Assembly (NCBI GenBank): GCA_018433015.1
Contig: JAHDSB010000077.1
Location: forward strand, 742 to 64,741
DNA: 64,000 bases
Reading direction: 5' to 3'
DNA from: Clostridia bacterium
GTDB taxonomy: Bacteria > Bacillota > Peptococcia > DRI-13 > SV3-B141
In this document: one piece after another, positions 9,421 through 18,961 of the stretch
Layout: each line of letters starts with the position of its first letter
Numbering within the stretch: the stretch's first letter is position 1
Translations under genes and position numbers: made by a program
The notes under the pieces: generated by a model
What the model was told of the DNA's origin: nothing
Databases searched by the model: none
Seen by the model: only the letters and a program-made list of their open reading frames with translations

Positions 9421-10158
9421 CTATTGGATCTGCCCCCCCTTCTTGGAGAATTCAATCATCTCATTTAATTTGTGAACGGCAGCGGATAAGGAACCAACTT
9501 CTTGAATCACTCCTGCCTCAACTGCATCCTGCCCTACTAAAACCGTACCAATATCGCGGGCTAATTCCCCCGTTCTAAACATAAGTTCCCTCAACTTCTC
9601 ATTACTAATATTAGAGTGTTTTTCGATAAAACCAATAACTCTATCTTGCATTTTATCCAAATATTCATAGGTTTGTGGTACTCCTATTACCAAACCTGTA
9701 AGTCTAATGGGATGGATCGTCATAGTTGCTGTTTCCGCTATAAAAGAATAATCTGCAGATACTGCTATGGGTACACCAATGCTGTGTCCTCCCCCTAAGA
9801 CTATGGATACGGTAGGCTTTGACAAACCATTAATAATTTCAGCAATGGCAAGCCCTGCTTCTACATCTCCCCCCACAGTATTAAGCATTATTATTAAACC
9901 TTCTATCTGGGGGTTTTGTTCCACTGCAACTAGCTGGGGAATGATGTGCTCATATTTGGTAGTTTTATTCTGGGGAGGTAGGATAAGATGTCCTTCTATC
10001 TGACCCACTATGGTAAGACAATGAATGTTGGATTGTTGTTCCGGGACAGGAACTTGCCCTATGCCTAATTCTTTTATATTTTTTACCTGTTGGTTTACCA
10101 TCTTTTTGTCTTTTTCCGGTTGAGGAGGAATTATTGTTCCTGGAACATTATTTGGCAC
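9421..10158 (-). CDS. tepA: ClpP-fold translocation-enhancing protein TepA-like
   Basis: ClpP/SDH-fold signature [18 protein letters not shown], synteny rnj-tepA-ylzJ-spoIIIE. GTG start with GGAGAG 7 nt upstream. Confidence 0.8.
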   Translation of the reverse strand: MPNNVPGTIIPPQPEKDKKMVNQQVKNIKELGIGQVPVPEQQSNIHCLTIVGQIEGHLILPPQNKTTKYEHIIPQLVAVEQNPQIEGLIIMLNTVGGDVEAGLAIAEIINGLSKPTVSIVLGGGHSIGVPIAVSADYSFIAETATMTIHPIRLTGLVIGVPQTYEYLDKMQDRVIGFIEKHSNISNEKLRELMFRTGELARDIGTVLVGQDAVEAGVIQEVGSLSAAVHKLNEMIEFSKKGGQIQ

Positions 10159-10215
10159 GTGCTCACTCTCCTTAAATTTACTAGCTCTCTGCTCTTATTA
10201 GCTTGCCAATCTTGT

Positions 10216-10252
10216 AAAAAAAAATGCACTCTTTCTTTAAGAAAAAGTGCAT
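10216..10252 (-). terminator. rho-independent terminator after rnj
   Basis: Stem ATGCACT/AGTGCAT followed by T9 on the minus strand. Confidence 0.7.
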
Positions 10253-10279
10253 TAAAACGAAATTACATTATTTTACTTG

Positions 10280-11947
10280 TTAGATTTCCATAATTATAGG
10301 CATAATCATGGGCCTTCTGCCGGTTTTTTCATAGAGATACTTACCTAGTGCATCTCTAACTTGGGACTTTATTGAGGACCAATCTAAAATATGTTTTTCC
10401 AAACAATTATCTAGTACATCTTTAACTATTACTCGGGCCTCTTCTATTAACTTTTCAGCTTCTCTTACATATACGAAGCCTCGGGATACTATATCAGGTC
10501 CAGCTGCAACAGCTTTTTCGGATTTATTGATTGTTACAACTACTATTAAAATACCATCTTGAGAGAGCTGTTTACGGTCACGTAAAACAATGTTACCTAC
10601 ATCGCCTACACCCAGACCATCTATTAACACCCGTCCGGAAGTAACCCTTCCTCCGATGGCACCTTTCTTTCTGGTAAATTCTAAGATCTGTCCATTTTCA
10701 GCAACGAAGATATTGTTTTTTCTGATCCCCAACTGCTGGGCTAATTGAGCATGTTTCACCAGATGGCGATATTCACCATGAACAGGTACAAAGAATTTGG
10801 GGCGCACCAGATTGATCATCATTTTCAATTCTTCTTGGCTGGCATGCCCGGAAACATGAACTCCACTGACAGACTCATAAATTACTTCTGCTCCCTGTCT
10901 AAACAACTGATTTATCGTCCTAGCAACTAATTTTTCGTTACCAGGTATGGGCGTTGCAGAAATAAATACGGTATCACCCGGTACTATTTCAACTTTGCGG
11001 TGATCCGACATAGCCATTCTTGTTAAAGCAGACATAGGTTCACCTTGACTTCCCGTTGTCAATATTGCTACTCGACTACGAGGATAGTTGCAAATTTCAT
11101 CAATATCTATTAACGTATTTTCAGGTATGGAAATATATCCTGTTTCTTGTGCAATGGATACAACATTTACCATACTTCTGCCAACTATGGCTACTTTGCG
11201 ATTATATTTGGATGCTGCATTTATAACCTGCTGGATTCTGTGAACATTTGAAGCAAAAGTTGCTACAATTATGCGTTCCTTCGCTTGTCTAAACGTCTCC
11301 TCAAATGTTTGTCCAACTGCACGTTCAGACATGGTAAATCCTGGCCTTTCAACATTTGTGCTGTCAGAGAGCATAAGAAGAACACCTTTCTCTCCATATT
11401 CAGCAATACGAGAAAAATCTGTAACACCACCATCGACAGGTGTTTGATCTAATTTAAAATCACCTGTGTGAAAAACTGTGCCTACCGGTGTTTGTATAGC
11501 CAGACCTATAGCATCGGGTATACTGTGACTCACTTTTATAGCTTCAATTTTAAAAGCAGATCCTAATTTTATAATATCTCTTGAACGAATAGGGATTAGT
11601 TTTGTACCAGTCACATTATTTTCTTTTAATTTAGCCTCTAATAATCCTAGGGTTAATTTTGTTCCATACACTGGCACTTTAATTTCTTTTAATACATAAG
11701 GTAATGCTCCAATATGGTCTTCATGACCATGGGTTAGTACTATTGCTTTAATTAAGTCTTTGTTTTCTCGCAAATAAGTAATGTCAGGTATAACTATATC
11801 AATCCCCAGTAACTCATCTTCCGGGAACATTAATCCTGCATCTATAACTACCATTTCATCATTATAGCGAAAAACCATCATATTTTTGCCGACTTCCCCT
11901 AAACCGCCCAGGGGAATCATCATTAGCTTGTTGTCATTTTCTGCCAT
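10280..11947 (-). CDS. rnj: ribonuclease J
   Basis: Metallo-beta-lactamase/beta-CASP RNase J: LTHGHEDHIGALPY, 555 aa, AAGGAGG SD. Confidence 0.95.
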   Translation of the reverse strand: MAENDNKLMMIPLGGLGEVGKNMMVFRYNDEMVVIDAGLMFPEDELLGIDIVIPDITYLRENKDLIKAIVLTHGHEDHIGALPYVLKEIKVPVYGTKLTLGLLEAKLKENNVTGTKLIPIRSRDIIKLGSAFKIEAIKVSHSIPDAIGLAIQTPVGTVFHTGDFKLDQTPVDGGVTDFSRIAEYGEKGVLLMLSDSTNVERPGFTMSERAVGQTFEETFRQAKERIIVATFASNVHRIQQVINAASKYNRKVAIVGRSMVNVVSIAQETGYISIPENTLIDIDEICNYPRSRVAILTTGSQGEPMSALTRMAMSDHRKVEIVPGDTVFISATPIPGNEKLVARTINQLFRQGAEVIYESVSGVHVSGHASQEELKMMINLVRPKFFVPVHGEYRHLVKHAQLAQQLGIRKNNIFVAENGQILEFTRKKGAIGGRVTSGRVLIDGLGVGDVGNIVLRDRKQLSQDGILIVVVTINKSEKAVAAGPDIVSRGFVYVREAEKLIEEARVIVKDVLDNCLEKHILDWSSIKSQVRDALGKYLYEKTGRRPMIMPIIMEI

Positions 11948-11988
11948 TACAAGCCTCCTTTTATTATTTTATTTTTTTTAACATACAT

Positions 11989-12027
11989 AAAAAAAAACCT
12001 TCCCTATTCGTCCCGTCCAGAAGGTTT
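11989..12027 (-). terminator. terminator-like hairpin plus U9 tract inside the rnj leader (candidate attenuator or sRNA 3' end)
   Basis: Stem AAACCTTC/GAAGGTTT (8 bp, 17-nt loop) followed by nine T. It lies about 45 nt downstream of a consensus promoter and about 40 nt upstream of the rnj ATG. Confidence 0.55.
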
Positions 12028-12070
12028 CACCAGAAATGGATTAGAACCGAACCGACTTATCCCTTGCTAC

Positions 12071-12099
12071 ATTATATGACAATATTTAGAATGTGACAA
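12071..12099 (-). promoter_or_regulatory. sigma-A-type promoter of the rnj leader
   Basis: TTGTCA (12099..12094), 17-nt spacer, TATAAT (12076..12071). Confidence 0.6.
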
Positions 12100-12163
12100 G
12101 AGAAACTTTATTTATACTTTTAACATCTTAAGCCGATCCTATTCATTATTTATATAGTTATCT

Positions 12164-12943
12164 TTATAAAATATTTTCCAAGCCGATTTTCAGGCCTTGA
12201 AAATCTCTTACTTTCCTGAGGGCTAATAGTATTCCCGGCATAAAAGCTTCTCGAGAAAAAGTATCATGCCTGATAGTTAAAAGTTCACCCAAGCCCGAGA
12301 ATATTACTTCTTGATGAGCTACAAGACTATTAAGTCTCACACTATGAATTCTAGTTCTACCATACTCTCCTCCACGACAGGGAGATTTATCATTGGACTC
12401 TTTATTTTTCCCCTCTTTTCCAGCCAATGCTTGGGCTGTGGCCAGAGCTGTGCCTGAGGGACTGTCTACTTTTTTATCATTATGATACTCAATAATCTCC
12501 GACTGGAAGAAATACTTACTCACCTCTTGAGCGCACTTTATCATCATAACTGCTCCTAAAGAAAAATTAGGCGCAATAAACAAGCCTACCCCTGAGTTTT
12601 TAGCACTTTTATCCAAATCTGTCAAATCTTCTTCACTAAAACCTGTTGTCCCAACTACTACTGATACACCCTTTTTTAGAGCTACATTAATATTATGCAT
12701 GGCACTCTCTTTTCTTGTAAAATCAACTATAACATCGGGGGTAAGTTGTTGTAACAGCTTCTCTAAATCATTATGTATCGTAATACCTAATAGTTTCTGA
12801 TGGATAGTTATTCCTAAATCTTCCCCCACATTATTTATATCTACTGCTCCAATAACCTTCATATCATCTGCTTCCGTAAGACCTTTTATTACTTGACTCC
12901 CCATTTTACCCTTGGCACCAACCACAATGACTTTTATAACCAT
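12164..12943 (-). CDS. dapB: 4-hydroxy-tetrahydrodipicolinate reductase
   Basis: N-terminal Rossmann VIVVGAKGKMG, EIIEYHNDKKVDSPSGTA catalytic region typical of DapB. Confidence 0.9.
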   Translation of the reverse strand: MVIKVIVVGAKGKMGSQVIKGLTEADDMKVIGAVDINNVGEDLGITIHQKLLGITIHNDLEKLLQQLTPDVIVDFTRKESAMHNINVALKKGVSVVVGTTGFSEEDLTDLDKSAKNSGVGLFIAPNFSLGAVMMIKCAQEVSKYFFQSEIIEYHNDKKVDSPSGTALATAQALAGKEGKNKESNDKSPCRGGEYGRTRIHSVRLNSLVAHQEVIFSGLGELLTIRHDTFSREAFMPGILLALRKVRDFQGLKIGLENIL

Positions 12944-12963
12944 AATGATATAACCACCCTCCG

Positions 12964-12983
12964 GCTGCTCATCGATGAGCAGC
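12964..12983 (-). promoter_or_regulatory. 20-bp perfect palindrome abutting the dapB Shine-Dalgarno
   Basis: GCTGCTCATCGATGAGCAGC (8-bp stem, TCGA loop as RNA) immediately 5' of CGGAGGGTGG and the dapB ATG. Confidence 0.5.
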
Positions 12984-12990
12984 TAACGCT

Positions 12991-13023
12991 AAATAAAAAC
13001 AGCTAAAGTCATCTTCAGCTGTT
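12991..13023 (-). terminator. weak hairpin plus U-tract after ymxH / at the 5' end of the dapB leader
   Basis: Stem AACAGCT/AGCTGTT (7 bp, 12-nt loop) followed by TTTTTATTT. Confidence 0.4.
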
Positions 13024-13037
13024 ATAACTTATGCCTT

Positions 13038-13066
13038 ATTCTATGTAGATTGTGCAGTTTTGTCAA
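13038..13066 (-). promoter_or_regulatory. sigma-A-type promoter upstream of dapB
   Basis: TTGACA (13066..13061), 17-nt spacer, TAGAAT (13043..13038). Confidence 0.55.
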
Positions 13067-13104
13067 TACCAAAATAAGGTATATTTTTTATGTTTTTATA
13101 ATTT

Positions 13105-13380
13105 TTAATATGAAAATCTCTTAAACCTCATATGAGATTCATCAAGTTCAACAATAATCACTTCTGACCCTATTTTTTTTACAGCATCCCAAGGAATCGT
13201 CAAGTTGCTTCTATCCCAAAAGCTTAAGAAACCTCCTTTGCTAGGCAATATTATGGAATGTATGACACCAGTTTCTGCATTAACTACTAAATCTGAATCT
13301 GCCGCTGTCCCTAAGCGACTTCCTGTTTGAATATTAACTATATCTTTTCCAATAAGCTCACTTAATCTGACTTCGCTCAA
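13105..13380 (-). CDS. ymxH: YlmC/YmxH-family PRC-barrel sporulation protein
   Basis: RLSELIGKDIVNIQTGSRLG ... IPWDAVKKIGSEVIIV is typical of the family. TTG start with G-rich SD. Confidence 0.8.
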   Translation of the reverse strand: MSEVRLSELIGKDIVNIQTGSRLGTAADSDLVVNAETGVIHSIILPSKGGFLSFWDRSNLTIPWDAVKKIGSEVIIVELDESHMRFKRFSY

Positions 13381-13408
13381 CTTTCACCACCCCCACTTTT
13401 CAACAGAC

Positions 13409-13735
13409 TTAACTTTTTCTAACGTTATAGTATACGGATAAGATAACTGGCTGCAATATGGCAATAGATAAAGCAATAAGAGCCAATGGATCTATAGACA
13501 TGCTAAAAATAATAATTTTGTCCGGCATGGAGATTTTAAGAAAAGAGACTAACAAAATCAATGATAAATATATACCGCCAGCAATAGCTATCAACTCCCC
13601 CATGGCCACAGAAGCTGGTGAAGGAACAGCATTCTCTAAGGCCTCTCCCGTTCTTCTTCTCCGCAAATATACTCTACTTCTCACAGCATAAGCTATAAGG
13701 CCAACTAACAATAAAGCAAGGATAATCTTTCCCAT
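13409..13735 (-). CDS. hypothetical small membrane protein (3 predicted TM helices)
   Basis: AGGAGGG SD 9 nt upstream of ATG, hydrophobic segments, no recognised family. Confidence 0.5.
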   Translation of the reverse strand: MGKIILALLLVGLIAYAVRSRVYLRRRRTGEALENAVPSPASVAMGELIAIAGGIYLSLILLVSFLKISMPDKIIIFSMSIDPLALIALSIAILQPVILSVYYNVRKS

Positions 13736-13802
13736 CTTGACATTCCCTCCTTTTTAATAAATTTATGCCTAGTAAAAGGGAGATATGCTATATATCAGCT
13801 AA

Positions 13803-13829
13803 TAAAAAAAACTAGCCATCATGACTAGT
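13803..13829 (-). terminator. rho-independent terminator after the M16 peptidase gene
   Basis: Stem ACTAGTCA/TGGCTAGT (8 bp including one G-U, 3-nt loop) followed by T8. Confidence 0.75.
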
Positions 13830-13857
13830 TCTTTGTTATTTATCCGCTTTTCTTATT

Positions 13858-15129
13858 TTACAGGTGCAAATACGCATTTAAGTCTAAGGGTTTCTCCAAA
13901 GGACCAATAGTGCTTAAACAAAATTCCTGTTCTCTAAAGAGTGCTTGTGCTACGGAACGAACATCATCTAGAGTGACAGCAGCTATACGTTCAACAACTT
14001 CTTCCGGTTTTATAATACGATTCAAGCACAGTTCTGTACGTCCCAATCTGGTCATCCTGCTGCTAACATTTTCTAAACCCAGATATAAGCTGCCTTTAAT
14101 CTGCTCTTTTGTTTTATTTAATTCCCTTTCAGTAATCCCGTTGTTAGCTACATCATTTACTTCCTGTAAGATTAATTGAATAACCTCATCATATTTTGTG
14201 GGACTTGTCCCTGCATAAAAAGTAAACAAACCTGTATCACAAAAAGCTGTATGATATGAAAACACAGAATAAGCCAAGCCTCTTTCTTCCCTAATTCTCT
14301 GGACAAGCCGGGATGATAATCCACCCCCCAAGACATTGTTTAATACATAAACACTGTATAAACGATCATCCTTTTGGGCTAAACCTTTTGTGCCAAAACA
14401 AATTTGCACCTGCCCTGTTTCCCGCGTTAAATTTGATACACCGGTTTTTGTGCCTTCAGGTGTATAAACAGAACATGAGTTTTCTGGACGGTTTAAACTC
14501 TTAAATATAGGGCCAATTTTATCTTGGATATCTTGATGTTCGATATTACCGGCTACTGCTATAACAATTTTATCCGGAGTATAGTTGTGATTAATATAAT
14601 CAAGAATAGCATCTCTATTGATTCCTTCTAAGGATTGTACAGTACCTAAAATAGGTCTGCCTAAAGGATTTTGGGGCCATACAGTATGCACAAAAAGATC
14701 ATGTATTAATTCATCAGGAGTATCTTCATACATTTTTATTTCTTCTTCTATTACACCCCGTTCTTTTTCTATGGCCTTTTCAGTGAAAGTTGAATTAAAA
14801 AACATATCACTTAGAACATCTACGGCGATGTCTATGTGTTCGTCAAGCACTTTAGCATAATAACAGGTAAATTCTTTGGTAGTAAAAGCATTGAGTTGGC
14901 CTCCCACTGATTCCAAAGATTCAGCAATATCAGTGGCAGACCGCTTTTCTGTTCCTTTAAACATTAAATGTTCTATAAAATGACTGATGCCACTATTTTT
15001 ATCGTTTTCATGGCGAGAACCTGCCCCTACCCATATACCTATAGCAACAGATCGTACTCCTGGGATCTTTTCAGTAACAATTCTAACACCATTATCTAAT
15101 TTGAGTTTAACAACATCGTCTCTTTGCAT
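13858..15129 (-). CDS. M16-family zinc peptidase (MlpA/YmxG-like)
   Basis: Inverted zinc motif HFIEHLMFKGT; synteny after the pnp-deacetylase block as for mlpA in Bacillus. Confidence 0.9.
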   Translation of the reverse strand: MQRDDVVKLKLDNGVRIVTEKIPGVRSVAIGIWVGAGSRHENDKNSGISHFIEHLMFKGTEKRSATDIAESLESVGGQLNAFTTKEFTCYYAKVLDEHIDIAVDVLSDMFFNSTFTEKAIEKERGVIEEEIKMYEDTPDELIHDLFVHTVWPQNPLGRPILGTVQSLEGINRDAILDYINHNYTPDKIVIAVAGNIEHQDIQDKIGPIFKSLNRPENSCSVYTPEGTKTGVSNLTRETGQVQICFGTKGLAQKDDRLYSVYVLNNVLGGGLSSRLVQRIREERGLAYSVFSYHTAFCDTGLFTFYAGTSPTKYDEVIQLILQEVNDVANNGITERELNKTKEQIKGSLYLGLENVSSRMTRLGRTELCLNRIIKPEEVVERIAAVTLDDVRSVAQALFREQEFCLSTIGPLEKPLDLNAYLHL

Positions 15130-15932
15130 AAGTACTCTCCTTTTAAACCATATTCTAACATTCTCTGTGCATCACCATATCGATCAGGCGAATTTAGTAC
15201 TACAACTATCATTTCCCTTTCCTCGTTTTTACCTGATGCCACCAGGCATTTTCCTGCTTTATCTGTTGTTCCCGTTTTAACTCCTGTAGTATAGGGATAA
15301 AGCCACAGTAATTTATTAGTATTTTTGAGACTTTTGACTCGTGGGGAATCGGACCAATGTAAAGTGTAGTTCTTTTTCTTTACTATTTCTGAAAAAACTT
15401 GATTTTTCATAGCATAGCGTGCAATCACTGCTAAATCATAGGCTGTCGTAAGATGATTTTTACAGGGTAAACCATTAGTATTACAAAAATTTGAATTTAA
15501 TGCTCCCAGGCTTTTGGCCTTCATGTTCATAAGGCCCACAAATTCTTCTTCACTAGGGGCTATAGCTTCTGCCAAAGCAACACAGGCATCATTACCTGAT
15601 TTTAGCAAGGCTCCATGTAATAATTCGCCAATTGTGATATGTTCTCCTGTTCTCAGGTTAATGCTGGCCTCGCCTGTTGCTGCGCAATTATTGCTTATGG
15701 TGACAACTCTCTCAAAATCGTTACATCGTTCAATTGTAAGGAGTGCAGTAAGAATTTTTGTAGTACTGGCAGGTTGTCGCAATTCCTCAGCATTTTTAGA
15801 AAATATAATTTCACCTGTTTTGCTGTCCATCAGTATGGCTGCATGAGCCGAAACTCTCGGTGCTGCTTCCAAATTTAGCGGAATAATAAATACAGAAATT
15901 AATGTTAATAAAAATATTAGTTTTTTCTTCAT
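15096..15932 (-). CDS. D-alanyl-D-alanine carboxypeptidase (S11 penicillin-binding protein)
   Basis: SxxK (ASTTKIL), SGN (KSGND) and KTG (VKTGTT) motifs plus a signal peptide. The second ATG (15932) has GGAG 6 nt upstream. The 3' end overlaps the M16 peptidase start by 34 nt. Confidence 0.85.
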   Translation of the reverse strand: MKKKLIFLLTLISVFIIPLNLEAAPRVSAHAAILMDSKTGEIIFSKNAEELRQPASTTKILTALLTIERCNDFERVVTISNNCAATGEASINLRTGEHITIGELLHGALLKSGNDACVALAEAIAPSEEEFVGLMNMKAKSLGALNSNFCNTNGLPCKNHLTTAYDLAVIARYAMKNQVFSEIVKKKNYTLHWSDSPRVKSLKNTNKLLWLYPYTTGVKTGTTDKAGKCLVASGKNEEREMIVVVLNSPDRYGDAQRMLEYGLKGEYLCKETMLLNSN

Positions 15933-15988
15933 CCCAAACTCCATTAAATAATTTTAGATATATTTATTATGCGCGCTATTCCTATTTC

Positions 15989-16690
15989 TTATTGAATTAT
16001 TTCTGTAACAGTTTTAAAAACAAAATCTTTTTTGTGTAACTCGTCAATTATTACAGGCAGAGCTTGCAAAGTACATTTTTTAGGATGCATTAATACTAAA
16101 ATACCATTATCTGCCTTAGAAATAACTTTTTGCTGAATCGTTTCAGGAGCAGGTTCTTTCCAATCGATAGTATCAACAGTCCAGAGCACCGTCTTATAAC
16201 CTAAAGATTCTGCGGCCTTAATAACATGGTCTTTATGTTCTCCATAGGGAGGAGCATAGATGTTACTATAGCTTATATTCAGATCTTGGAAGATCTTTTC
16301 CGTTGTTGTAATTTGATTTTTGTTATCCTCCACACTTAACTTATCGGGATGGGGATGGGAATACCCGTGATTTCCAATTTCGTGGCCTTGCTCAGCAATA
16401 TCCTGAACCAGCTGAGGAAATTTCTCAGCAAATTTACCTGTAACAAAAAAAGTTGCTTTAACATTTTTACTTTTGAAGACATTTAACATATCAGGTAAAA
16501 CATCTTCACCCCAGTCAACATTCACCATTAAAGACAAGGCTTTTTCTTCTGTATTCCCAATATAGATAGGATTTAGAACCGGCGTGGTATTTATAATAAA
16601 ATGTGAAAATAAATTATAAAGTATAAATAATGCTAAAATTATCCCCGAAGCAAAATATAAAATCCTTTTTCTCAGAATATAAATTTTCAT
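15989..16690 (-). CDS. polysaccharide deacetylase (NodB homology domain; YlxY-like by position)
   Basis: NodB motifs FFVTGKF and IGNHGYSHP, N-terminal TM anchor. ATG at 16690 is preceded by a GGGGGG SD. Confidence 0.85.
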   Translation of the reverse strand: MKIYILRKRILYFASGIILALFILYNLFSHFIINTTPVLNPIYIGNTEEKALSLMVNVDWGEDVLPDMLNVFKSKNVKATFFVTGKFAEKFPQLVQDIAEQGHEIGNHGYSHPHPDKLSVEDNKNQITTTEKIFQDLNISYSNIYAPPYGEHKDHVIKAAESLGYKTVLWTVDTIDWKEPAPETIQQKVISKADNGILVLMHPKKCTLQALPVIIDELHKKDFVFKTVTEIIQ

Positions 16691-16758
16691 ACAAATCCCC
16701 CCATACAATTCTTTAATTAATATTAAGCTAGTGGAGGGAAGATTATGATAAAAACCTT

Positions 16759-16789
16759 AAAAAGAAAATAAAAGCGAATTAACCGCTTT
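16759..16789 (-). terminator. rho-independent terminator after pnp
   Basis: Stem AAAGCG/CGCTTT overlapping the pnp stop codon, followed by TTATTTTCTTTTT. Confidence 0.6.
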
Positions 16790-18918
16790 TATTTGTCTTG
16801 ATCATTTTTCTGCTGGCGCAATGCTTCTTTGCGAGATAAATTTATACGTCCTTGTCGATCTATCTCTGTAACCTTGACTAAAATTTCGTCGCCGATAGAT
16901 ACAACATCTTCAACTTTGGGAATTCTTTCTTCAGCTAAGTGAGAGATATGGACAAGTCCTTCTTTACCCGGTAGTATCTCTACAAAAGCGCCAAAATTTG
17001 TAATCCTATTGACTTTACCAATGTATATTTTACCTACTTCTACATCTCTAATTAAACTCTCTATGATTCTTAATGCTTTTGCTCCAGCTTCACTATCCAC
17101 AGCAGCAATAAAGACTCTTCCATCATCTTCAATATCTATTTTAACACCGGTTTCATCTATTATTTTCTTGATGGTCTTACCACCGGGTCCAATTATATCG
17201 CGAATTTTATCGGGATCAATCATTGTTGTAATTATCCTCGGAGCGTAAGGTGACAGCTCTGGACGTGGTTCTGAGATAGCATTCAACATCTTATCCATGA
17301 TGAAAAGGCGTCCCTTTCTGGCCTGTTCTAAGGCATCCTTTAAGATGTTGCGATCTATACCGGCAATTTTTATGTCCATCTGAATAGCCGTTACACCCTT
17401 TTTAGTTCCGGCTACTTTAAAGTCCATGTCTCCAAAATGATCTTCCATTCCCTGTATATCAGTGAGAATTGTATAATGTTCACCTTCTCTAATTAAACCC
17501 ATGGCAACTCCCGAAACAGGAGCTTTGATGGGAACTCCGGCATCCATTAAAGATAGTGTGCTTCCACATACACTAGCCATAGATGATGAACCGTTAGATT
17601 CCAAAACTTCGGAAACCAGCCGAATGGTGTAAGGGAATTCTTCTTCCGAAGGAATCATAGGCTCTAAAGCGCGTTCAGCTAAAGCCCCGTGACCGATTTC
17701 CCTTCTTCCCGGTCCCCTCATGGGACGCGTATCTCCTACACTGTAGGGTGGGAAATTATAATGATGGATATAACGTTTAGATTCTTCCAGACCTAAACCA
17801 TCAAGAATCTGTTCTTCTCCAATTGCACCCAAAGTAGTTACATTTAATACTTGAGTTTGCCCTCTGGTAAATAATCCGCTACCGTGTGTACGTGGTAATA
17901 CTCCTACTTCACAAGTAATAGGTCTTATCTCGTCCGTTGCTCTTCCATCCGGTCTTATTTTGTCAACTGTTATCAACTTACGAACGTACTCTTTTACAAT
18001 GCTATCTAAAATATTTCTTATGTCTTTTTCCTGCTCAGGATATTCTTCCAGTAACTTTTCTATAGTTTCGTTTTTAACTCCATCAATATTAGCTTCTCTT
18101 TCTAACTTTTCTTTGGTCCTGATAGCTTCTTGCATGGGTTCCGTCGCCAATTCCCTTATCTTTTCTTCCAACTCTGGGTCAATAGTATAAAGTTGCGGTT
18201 CCTTTTTCTCTTTAGCTATCCCTAGTTCCATGGCTTCATTACAAAAGTCTTCTATGAAGCTTACTATTTCCTGGATCTTTTCATGACCAAATAAAATAGC
18301 ATCTAAGCAAGTCTCTTCAGGTATTTCCTGAGCCCCTGCTTCTACCATCATAACTGCATCTTTGGTACCTGCAACCACTAAATGCATTAAACTTTTTTCA
18401 GCTTGTTCTACTGTGGGGTTGATCACTAATTGATCGTCAATAAGACCAACTACTACAGCAGCAATAGGACCTTGAAAAGGAATATCGGAAATATGTAATG
18501 CTGCCGAAGCTCCAATCATGGAAGCAACATCAGGTAGATTGTCTTGATCAACGGATAATACCGTAGCAACCACATGAACGTCGTTTCTATAACCTTTAGG
18601 GAACAAAGGACGTATAGGTCTATCAATTAAACGACTAGACAAGATAGCTTTTTCACTGGGACGTCCCTCTCTCTTTATAAAACCTCCGGGTATCTTCCCT
18701 ACTGAATACAAGCGCTCTTCATAATCTACTGTTAGAGGGAAAAAATCTATTCCTTCCCTTGGCTCGGAAGATGCAGTAGCCGCTGTAAGTACACAAGTAT
18801 CGCCATAACGCACTAGTACTGCTCCATTCGCTTGCTTAGCTAACCTACCTGCTTCTAATGTCAATGTACGACCAGCAATTTCAATTTCCTTACTTAATAT
18901 TGGATAATTGTATTCCAT
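16789..18918 (-). CDS. pnp: polyribonucleotide nucleotidyltransferase (PNPase)
   Basis: 709 aa with two RNase PH domains plus KH ([11 protein letters not shown]) and S1 ([15 protein letters not shown]) domains. Confidence 0.97.
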   Translation of the reverse strand: MEYNYPILSKEIEIAGRTLTLEAGRLAKQANGAVLVRYGDTCVLTAATASSEPREGIDFFPLTVDYEERLYSVGKIPGGFIKREGRPSEKAILSSRLIDRPIRPLFPKGYRNDVHVVATVLSVDQDNLPDVASMIGASAALHISDIPFQGPIAAVVVGLIDDQLVINPTVEQAEKSLMHLVVAGTKDAVMMVEAGAQEIPEETCLDAILFGHEKIQEIVSFIEDFCNEAMELGIAKEKKEPQLYTIDPELEEKIRELATEPMQEAIRTKEKLEREANIDGVKNETIEKLLEEYPEQEKDIRNILDSIVKEYVRKLITVDKIRPDGRATDEIRPITCEVGVLPRTHGSGLFTRGQTQVLNVTTLGAIGEEQILDGLGLEESKRYIHHYNFPPYSVGDTRPMRGPGRREIGHGALAERALEPMIPSEEEFPYTIRLVSEVLESNGSSSMASVCGSTLSLMDAGVPIKAPVSGVAMGLIREGEHYTILTDIQGMEDHFGDMDFKVAGTKKGVTAIQMDIKIAGIDRNILKDALEQARKGRLFIMDKMLNAISEPRPELSPYAPRIITTMIDPDKIRDIIGPGGKTIKKIIDETGVKIDIEDDGRVFIAAVDSEAGAKALRIIESLIRDVEVGKIYIGKVNRITNFGAFVEILPGKEGLVHISHLAEERIPKVEDVVSIGDEILVKVTEIDRQGRINLSRKEALRQQKNDQDK

Positions 18919-18961
18919 GAATGTAGAATTACCTCCCTATATTCGTACTCTGTCTAATTAC

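Noticed and set aside
11948-12070. A known riboswitch or T-box in the rnj leader; likewise an L-box at dapB and a T-box at proS.
   Set aside because: The leaders are far too short for T-box or L-box elements. I recognise no conserved cores of the preQ1, ZTP, ykkC, SAM, FMN or PyrR classes. proS has no leader at all, starting 4 nt after ispG.
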